DNA of 64,000 bases from NCBI GenBank assembly GCA_964057225.1, contig OZ059899.1, positions 1,550,001 to 1,614,000 of the forward strand, in the 5' to 3' direction. The stretch comes from Auanema rhodensis. Taxonomy: Eukaryota > Animalia > Nematoda. This document shows positions 55,621-64,000 of this stretch, piece by piece (position 1 is the stretch's first letter; every line of letters starts with the position of its first letter). The notes under the pieces are model-generated. The model saw nothing but the letters and a program-made list of their open reading frames with translations, made no database searches and was not told the origin of the DNA. The translations under genes were made by a program, and so were the position numbers.

Positions 55621-57074
55621 TTTTTCAAGGCAAAGACGATGAACAATGTTATTCAACAAAAAAATTAGTTCTTCAGGGTGAAAATCGAGGATATAAGTGT
55701 GAACTTATATCAGTTGATATCTCGGTGCATTTTTAAGCTAGCGCAAATCTGATAACACAGATCGACGCAGCTTAAAAATCCGCATCGAATGCACTATACT
55801 ACATTGAGAAACGCTTAATACAAAAATTAGTAATGATCGTTTGAAAAATGATGCATTAGTGTATGTTGAGTTTCCATGTACACTCAACATTGCTTCCAAA
55901 AACATTTTGACAAAAATTTTTTCGAAAAATTTCAAAATAATTTAGCAAAAAGTAGATGTTTTTAGATTCCTTTTTTCAAGGAAAAGACGATGGACAATGT
56001 TATTCAACGAAAAAATTATTTCTTCAGGGTGAAAATCGAGGATATAAGTGTGAACTTATATCAGTTGATATCTCGGTGCATTTTTAAGCTAGCGCAAATC
56101 TGATAACACAGATCGACGCAGCTTAAAAATCCGCATCGAGTGCACTATACTACATTGAGAAACGCTTGATACAAAAATTAGTAATGATCGTTCGAAAAAT
56201 GATGCATTAGTGTATGTTGAGTTTCCATGTACACTCAACATTGCTTCCAAAAACATTTTGACAAAAATTTTTTCGAAAAATTTCAAAATAATTTAGCAAA
56301 AAGTAGATGTTTTTAGATTCCTTTTTTCAAGGCAAAGACGATGGACAATGTTATTCAGCGAAAATTATTTCTTCAGGGTGAAAATCGAGGATATAAGTGT
56401 GAACTTATATCAGTTGATATCTCGGTGCATTTTTAAGCTAGCGCAAATCTGATAACACAGATCGACGCAGCTTAAAAATCCGCATCGAATGCACTATACT
56501 ACATTGAGAAAGGCTTAATACAAAAATTAGTTATGATCGTTTGAAAAATGATGCATTAGTGTATGTTGAGTTTCCATGTACACTCAACATTGCTTCCAAA
56601 AACATTTTGACAAAAATTTTTTCGAAAAATTTCAAAATAATTTAGCAAAAAGTAGATGTTTTTAGATTCCTTTTTTCAAGGCAAAGACGATGGACAATGT
56701 TATTCAGCGAAAATTATTTCTTCAGGGTGAAAATCGAGGATATAAGTGTGAACTTATACCAGTTGATATCTCGGTGCATTTTTAAGCTAGCGCAAATCTG
56801 ATAACAAAGATCGACGCAGCTTAAAAATCCGCATCGAATGCACTATACTACATTGAGAAACGCTTAATACAAAAATTAGTAATGATCGTTTGAAAAATGA
56901 TGCATTAGTGTATGTTGAGTTTCCATGTACACTCAACATTGCTTCCAAAAACATTTTGACAAAAATTTTTTCGAAAAATTTCAAAATAATTTAGCAAAAA
57001 GTAGATGTTTTTAGATTCCTTTTTTCAAGGCAAAGACGATGGACAATGTTATTCAACGAAAAAATTAATTCTTC

Positions 57075-60000
57075 AGGGTGAAAATCGAGGATATAAGTGT
57101 GAACTTATATCAGTTGATATCTCGGTGCATTTTTAAGCTAGCGCAAATCTGATAACACAGATCGACGCAGCTTAAAAATCCGCATCGAGTGCACTATACT
57201 ACATTGAGAAACGCTTGATACAAAAATTAGTTATGATCGTTTGAAAAATGATGCATTAGTGTATGTTGAGTTTCCATGTACACTCAACATTGCTTCCAAA
57301 AACATTTTGACAAAAATTTTTTCGAAAAATTTCAAAATAATTTAGCGAAAAGTAGATGTTTTTAGATTCCTTTTTTCAAGGCAAAGACGATGGACAATGT
57401 TATTCAACGAAAAAATTATTTCTTCAGGGTGAAAATCGAGGATATAAGTGTGAACTTATATCAGTTGATATCTCGGTGCATTTTTAAGCTAGCGCAAATC
57501 TGATAACACAGATCGACGCAGCTTAAAAATCCGCATCGAGTGCACTATACTACATTGAGAAACGCTTGATACAAAAATTAGTAATGATCGTTTGAAAAAT
57601 GATGCATTAGTGTATGTTGAGTTTCCATGTACACTCAACATTGCTTCCAAAAACATTTTGACAAAAATTTTTTCGAAAAATTTCAAAATAATTTAGCAAA
57701 AAGTAGATGTTTTTAGATTCCTTTTTTCAAGGCAAAGACGATGGACAATGTTATTCAACGAAAAAATTATTTCTTCAGGGTGAAAATCGAGGATATAAGT
57801 GTGAACTTATATCAGTTGATATCTCGGTGCATTTTTAAGCTAGCGCAAATCTGATAACACAGATCGACGCAGCTTAAAAATCCGCATCGAATGCACTATA
57901 CTACATTGAGAAACGCTTAATACAAAAATTAGTTATGATCGTTTGAAAAATGATGCATTAGTGTATGTTGAGTTTCCATGTACACTCAACATTGCTTCCA
58001 AAAACATTTTGACAAAAATTTTTTCGAAAAATTTCAAAATAATTTAGCAAAAAGTAGATGTTTTTAGATTCCTTTATTCAAGGCAAAGACGATGGACAAT
58101 GTTATTCAACGAAAAAATTAATTCTTCAGGGTGAAAATCGAGGATATAAGTGTGAACTTATATCAGTTGATATCTCGGTGCATTTTTAAGCTAGCGCAAA
58201 TCTGATAACACAGATCGACGCAGCTTAAAAATCCGCATCGAATGCACTATACTACATTGAGAAACGCTCAATACAAAAACTAGTTATGATCGTTTGAAAA
58301 ATGATGCATTAGTGTATGTTGAGTTTCCATGTACACTCAACATTGCTTCCAAAAACATTTTGACAAAAATTTTTTCGAAAAATTTCAAAATAATTTAGCA
58401 AAAAGCAGATGTTTTTAGATTCCTTTTTTCAAGGCAAAGACGATGAACAATGTTATTCAACAAAAAAATTAGTTCTTCAGGGTGAAAATCGAGGATATAA
58501 GTGTGAACTTATATCAGTTGATATCTCGGTGCATTTTTAAGCTAGCGCAAATCTGATAACACAGATCGACGCAGCTTAAAAATCCGCATCGAGTGCACTA
58601 TACTACATTGAGAAACGCTTGATACAAAAATTAGTAATGATCGTTTGAAAAATGATGCATTAGTGTATGTTGAGTTTCCATGTACACTCAACATTGCTTC
58701 CAAAAACATTTTGACAAAAATTTTTTCGAAAAATTTCAAAATAATTTAGCAAAAAGTAGATGTTTTTAGATTTCTTTTTTCAAGGCAAAGACGATGGACA
58801 ATGTTATTCAGCGAAAATTATTTCTTCAGGGTGAAAATCGAGGATATAAGTGTGAACTTATACCAGTTGATATCTCGGTGCATTTTTAAGCTAGCGCAAA
58901 TCAGATAACACAGATCGACGCAGCTTAAAAATCCGCATTGAATGCACTATACTACATTGAGAAACGCTCAATACAAAAACTAGTTATGATCGTTTGAAAA
59001 ATGATGCATTAGTGTATGTTGAGTTTCCATGTACACTCAACATTGCTTCCAAAAACATTTTGACAAAAATTTTTTCGAAAAATTTCAAAATAATTTAGCA
59101 AAAAGTAGATGTTTTTAGATTCCTTTTTTCAAGGCAAAGACGATGGACAATGTTATTCAACAAAAAAATTAATTCTTCAGGGTGAAAATCGAGGATATAA
59201 GTGTGAACTTATATCAGTTGATATCTCGGTGCATTTTTAAGCTAGCGCAAATCTGATAACACAGATCGACGCAGCTTAAAAATCCGCATCGAATGCACTA
59301 TACTACATTGAGAAACGCTTAATACAAAAATTAGTAATGATCGTTTGAAAAATGATGCATTAGTGTATGTTGAGTTTCCATGTACACTCAACATTGCTTC
59401 CAAAAACATTTTGACAAAAATTTTTTCGAAAAATTTCAAAATAATTTAGCAAAAAGTAGATGTTTTTAGATTCCTTTATTCAAGGCAAAGACGATGGACA
59501 ATGTTATTCAACGAAAAAATTAATTCTTCAGGGTGAAAATCGAGGATATAAGTGTGAACTTATATCAGTTGATATCTCGGTGCATTTTTAAGCTAGCGCA
59601 AATCTGATAACACAGATCGACGCAGCTTAAAAATCCGCATCGAATGCACTATACTACATTGAGAAACGCTCAATACAAAAACTAGTTATGATCGTTTGAA
59701 AAATGATGCATTAGTGTATGTTGAGTTTCCATGTACACTCAACATTGCTTCCAAAAACATTTTGACAAAAATTTTTTCGAAAAATTTCAAAATAATTTAG
59801 CAAAAAGTAGATGTTTTTAGATTCCTTTTTTCAAGGCAAAGACGATGAACAATGTTATTCAACAAAAAAATTAGTTTTTCAGGGTGAAAATCGAGGATAT
59901 AAGTGTGAACTTATATCAGTTGATATCTCGGTGCATTTTTAAGCTAGCGCAAATCTGATAACACAGATCGACGCAGCTTAAAAATCCGCATCGAGTGCAC

Positions 60001-62690
60001 TATACTACATTGAGAAACGCTTGATACAAAAATTAGTTATGATCGTTTGAAAAATGATGCATTAGTGTATGTTGAGTTTCCATGTACACTCAACATTGCT
60101 TCCAAAAACATTTTGACAAAAATTTTTTCGAAAAATTTCAAAATAATTTAGCGAAAAGTAGATGTTTTTAGATTCCTTTTTTCAAGGCAAAGACGATGGA
60201 CAATGTTATTCAACGAAAAAATTATTTCTTCAGGGTGAAAATCGAGGATATAAGTGTGAACTTATATCAGTTGATATCTCGGTGCATTTTTAAGCTAGCG
60301 CAAATCTGATAACACAGATCGACGCAGCTTAAAAATCCGCATCGAGTGCACTATACTACATTGAGAAACGCTTGATACAAAAATTAGTAATGATCGTTTG
60401 AAAAATGATGCATTAGTGTATGTTGAGTTTCCATGTACACTCAACATTGCTTCCAAAAACATTTTGACAAAAATTTTTTCGAAAAATTTCAAAATAATTT
60501 AGCAAAAAGTAGATGTTTTTAGATTCCTTTTTTCAAGGCAAAGACGATGGACAATGTTATTCAACGAAAAAATTATTTCTTCAGGGTGAAAATCGAGGAT
60601 ATAAGTGTGAACTTATATCAGTTGATATCTCGGTGCATTTTTAAGCTAGCGCAAATCTGATAACACAGATCGACGCAGCTTAAAAATCCGCATCGAATGC
60701 ACTATACTACATTGAGAAACGCTTAATACAAAAATTAGTTATGATCGTTTGAAAAATGATGCATTAGTGTATGTTGAGTTTCCATGTACACTCAACATTG
60801 CTTCCAAAAACATTTTGACAAAAATTTTTTCGAAAAATTTCAAAATAATTTAGCAAAAAGTAGATGTTTTTAGATTCCTTTATTCAAGGCAAAGACGATG
60901 GACAATGTTATTCAACGAAAAAATTAATTCTTCAGGGTGAAAATCGAGGATATAAGTGTGAACTTATATCAGTTGATATCTCGGTGCATTTTTAAGCTAG
61001 CGCAAATCTGATAACACAGATCGACGCAGCTTAAAAATCCGCATCGAATGCACTATACTACATTGAGAAACGCTCAATACAAAAACTAGTTATGATCGTT
61101 TGAAAAATGATGCATTAGTGTATGTTGAGTTTCCATGTACACTCAACATTGCTTCCAAAAACATTTTGACAAAAATTTTTTCGAAAAATTTCAAAATAAT
61201 TTAGCAAAAAGTAGATGTTTTTAGATTCCTTTTTTCAAGGCAAAGACGATGAACAATGTTATTCAACAAAAAAATTAGTTCTTCAGGGTGAAAATCGAGG
61301 ATATAAGTGTGAACTTATATCAGTTGATATCTCGGTGCATTTTTAAGCTAGCGCAAATCTGATAACACAGATCGACGCAGCTTAAAAATCCGCATCGAGT
61401 GCACTATACTACATTGAGAAACGCTTGATACAAAAATTAGTAATGATCGTTTGAAAAATGATGCATTAGTGTATGTTGAGTTTCCATGTACACTCAACAT
61501 TGCTTCCAAAAACATTTTGACAAAAATTTTTTCGAAAAATTTCAAAATAATTTAGCAAAAAGTAGATGTTTTTAGATTTCTTTTTTCAAGGCAAAGACGA
61601 TGGACAATGTTATTCAGCGAAAATTATTTCTTCAGGGTGAAAATCGAGGATATAAGTGTGAACTTATACCAGTTGATATCTCGGTGCATTTTTAAGCTAG
61701 CGCAAATCAGATAACACAGATCGACGCAGCTTAAAAATCCGCATTGAATGCACTATACTACATTGAGAAACGCTCAATACAAAAACTAGTTATGATCGTT
61801 TGAAAAATGATGCATTAGTGTATGTTGAGTTTCCATGTACACTCAACATTGCTTCCAAAAACATTTTGACAAAAATTTTTTCGAAAAATTTCAAAATAAT
61901 TTAGCAAAAAGTAGATGTTTTTAGATTCCTTTTTTCAAGGCAAAGACGATGGACAATGTTATTCAACAAAAAAATTAATTCTTCAGGGTGAAAATCGAGG
62001 ATATAAGTGTGAACTTATATCAGTTGATATCTCGGTGCATTTTTAAGCTAGCGCAAATCTGATAACACAGATCGACGCAGCTTAAAAATCCGCATCGAAT
62101 GCACTATACTACATTGAGAAACGCTTAATACAAAAATTAGTAATGATCGTTTGAAAAATGATGCATTAGTGTATGTTGAGTTTCCATGTACACTCAACAT
62201 TGCTTCCAAAAACATTTTGACAAAAATTTTTTCGAAAAATTTCAAAATAATTTAGCAAAAAGTAGATGTTTTTAGATTCCTTTATTCAAGGCAAAGACGA
62301 TGGACAATGTTATTCAACGAAAAAATTAATTCTTCAGGGTGAAAATCGAGGATATAAGTGTGAACTTATATCAGTTGATATCTCGGTGCATTTTTAAGCT
62401 AGCGCAAATCTGATAACACAGATCGACGCAGCTTAAAAATCCGCATCGAATGCACTATACTACATTGAGAAACGCTCAATACAAAAACTAGTTATGATCG
62501 TTTGAAAAATGATGCATTAGTGTATGTTGAGTTTCCATGTACACTCAACATTGCTTCCAAAAACATTTTGACAAAAATTTTTTCGAAAAATTTCAAAATA
62601 ATTTAGCAAAAAGTAGATGTTTTTAGATTCCTTTTTTCAAGGCAAAGACGATGAACAATGTTATTCAACAAAAAAATTAGTTCTTCAGGG
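57075..62690. repeat. 8-monomer higher-order repeat (2806 bp), two tandem copies
   Basis: Monomers pair at 57489/60295, 58542/61348 and 59242/62048, and TTAGCGAAA occurs at 57347/60153. All are 2806 = 8x351-2 apart. Confidence 0.92.
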
Positions 62691-64000
62691 TGAAAATCGA
62701 GGATATAAGTGTGAACTTATATCAGTTGATATCTCGGTGCATTTTTAAGCTAGCGCAAATCTGATAACACAGATCGACGCAGCTTAAAAATCCGCATCGA
62801 GTGCACTATACTACATTGAGAAACGCTTGATACAAAAATTAGTAATGATCGTTTGAAAAATGATGCATTAGTGTATGTTGAGTTTCCATGTACACTCAAC
62901 ATTGCTTCCAAAAACATTTTGACAAAAATTTTTTCGAAAAATTTCAAAATAATTTAGCAAAAAGTAGATGTTTTTAGATTTCTTTTTTCAAGGCAAAGAC
63001 GATGGACAATGTTATTCAGCGAAAATTATTTCTTCAGGGTGAAAATCGAGGATATAAGTGTGAACTTATACCAGTTGATATCTCGGTGCATTTTTAAGCT
63101 AGCGTAAATCTGATAACACAGATCGACGCAGCTTAAAAATCCGCATCGAATGCACTATACTACATTGAGAAACGCTTGATACAAAAATTAGTAATGATCG
63201 TTTGAAAAATGATGCATTAGTGTATGTTGAGTTTCCATGTACACTCAACATTGCTTCCAAAAACATTTTGACAAAAATTTTTTCGAAAAATTTCAAAATA
63301 ATTTAGCAAAAAGTAGATGTTTTTAGATTTCTTTTTTCAAGGCAAAGACGATGGACAATGTTATTCAGCGAAAATTATTTCTTCAGGGTGAAAATCGAGG
63401 ATATAAGTGTGAACTTATACCAGTTGATATCTCGGTGCATTTTTAAGCTAGCGCAAATCAGATAACACAGATCGACGCAGCTTAAAAATCCGCATTGAAT
63501 GCACTATACTACATTGAGAAACGCTCAATACAAAAACTAGTTATGATCGTTTGAAAAATGATGCATTAGTGTATGTTGAGTTTCCATGTACACTCAACAT
63601 TGCTTCCAAAAACATTTTGACAAAAATTTTTTCGAAAAATTTCAAAATAATTTAGCAAAAAGTAGATGTTTTTAGATTCCTTTTTTCAAGGCAAAGACGA
63701 TGGACAATGTTATTCAACAAAAAAATTAATTCTTCAGGGTGAAAATCGAGGATATAAGTGTGAACTTATATCAGTTGATATCTCGGTGCATTTTTAAGCT
63801 AGCGCAAATCTGATAACACAGATCGACGCAGCTTAAAAATCCGCATCGAATGCACTATACTACATTGAGAAACGCTTAATACAAAAATTAGTAATGATCG
63901 TTTGAAAAATGATGCATTAGTGTATGTTGAGTTTCCATGTACACTCAACATTGCTTCCAAAAACATTTTGACAAAAATTTTTTCGAAAAATTTCAAAATA

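Larger units (their letters stand above)
1..64000. repeat. Satellite DNA array: ~182 head-to-tail copies of a 351-bp monomer, single orientation, running off both window edges
   Basis: TGAGA(A/G)ACGCTT recurs at 1, 352, 703 and so on, and lands exactly at 7021, 14041, 21061 and 28081 (multiples of 20x351). No non-repeat sequence or inverted copy was seen. The register shifts only by one 1-bp and eight 2-bp deletions. Confidence 0.99.

Noticed and set aside
49424-63996. 18 near-identical 65-aa ORFs as a protein-coding gene family
   Set aside because: They lie wholly within satellite monomers, begin at TTG, have no recognisable domain, and the frame is interrupted by a stop in the other ~164 copies.
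1-64000. CRISPR array or integron-like cassette array (palindromic repeats)
   Set aside because: There are no unique spacers or cassettes. The entire 351 bp is repeated, and no cas or integrase gene is present.
1-64000. Embedded transposon, inversion or telomeric repeat
   Set aside because: The 351-bp register is accounted for from end to end by nine small deletions, leaving no room for inserts, and orientation is constant.

Overview
The whole 64-kb window is one uninterrupted, head-to-tail, single-orientation tandem array of a 351-bp AT-rich monomer. It holds about 182 copies at about 32% GC (counted on the first monomer), and copies differ at only a handful of recurrent sites. This is typical eukaryotic satellite DNA, plausibly pericentromeric or centromeric; I cannot assign a named family or a host. 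I found no credible genes, RNA genes, CRISPR arrays or transposon insertions. The 18 listed 65-aa ORFs are by-products of point variants that remove one minus-strand stop codon in the repeat. There is real structure at two scales. (1) Each monomer carries several inverted repeats, including a ~67-nt imperfect hairpin and a 9-bp stem with a GTGA loop. (2) Diagnostic SNPs and indels reveal local higher-order repeats (3-, 4-, 5-, 8- and 9-mers), long-range block duplications and a sharp switch of variant sets at about 40 kb. Variant calls were made by eye, so block boundaries are approximate.
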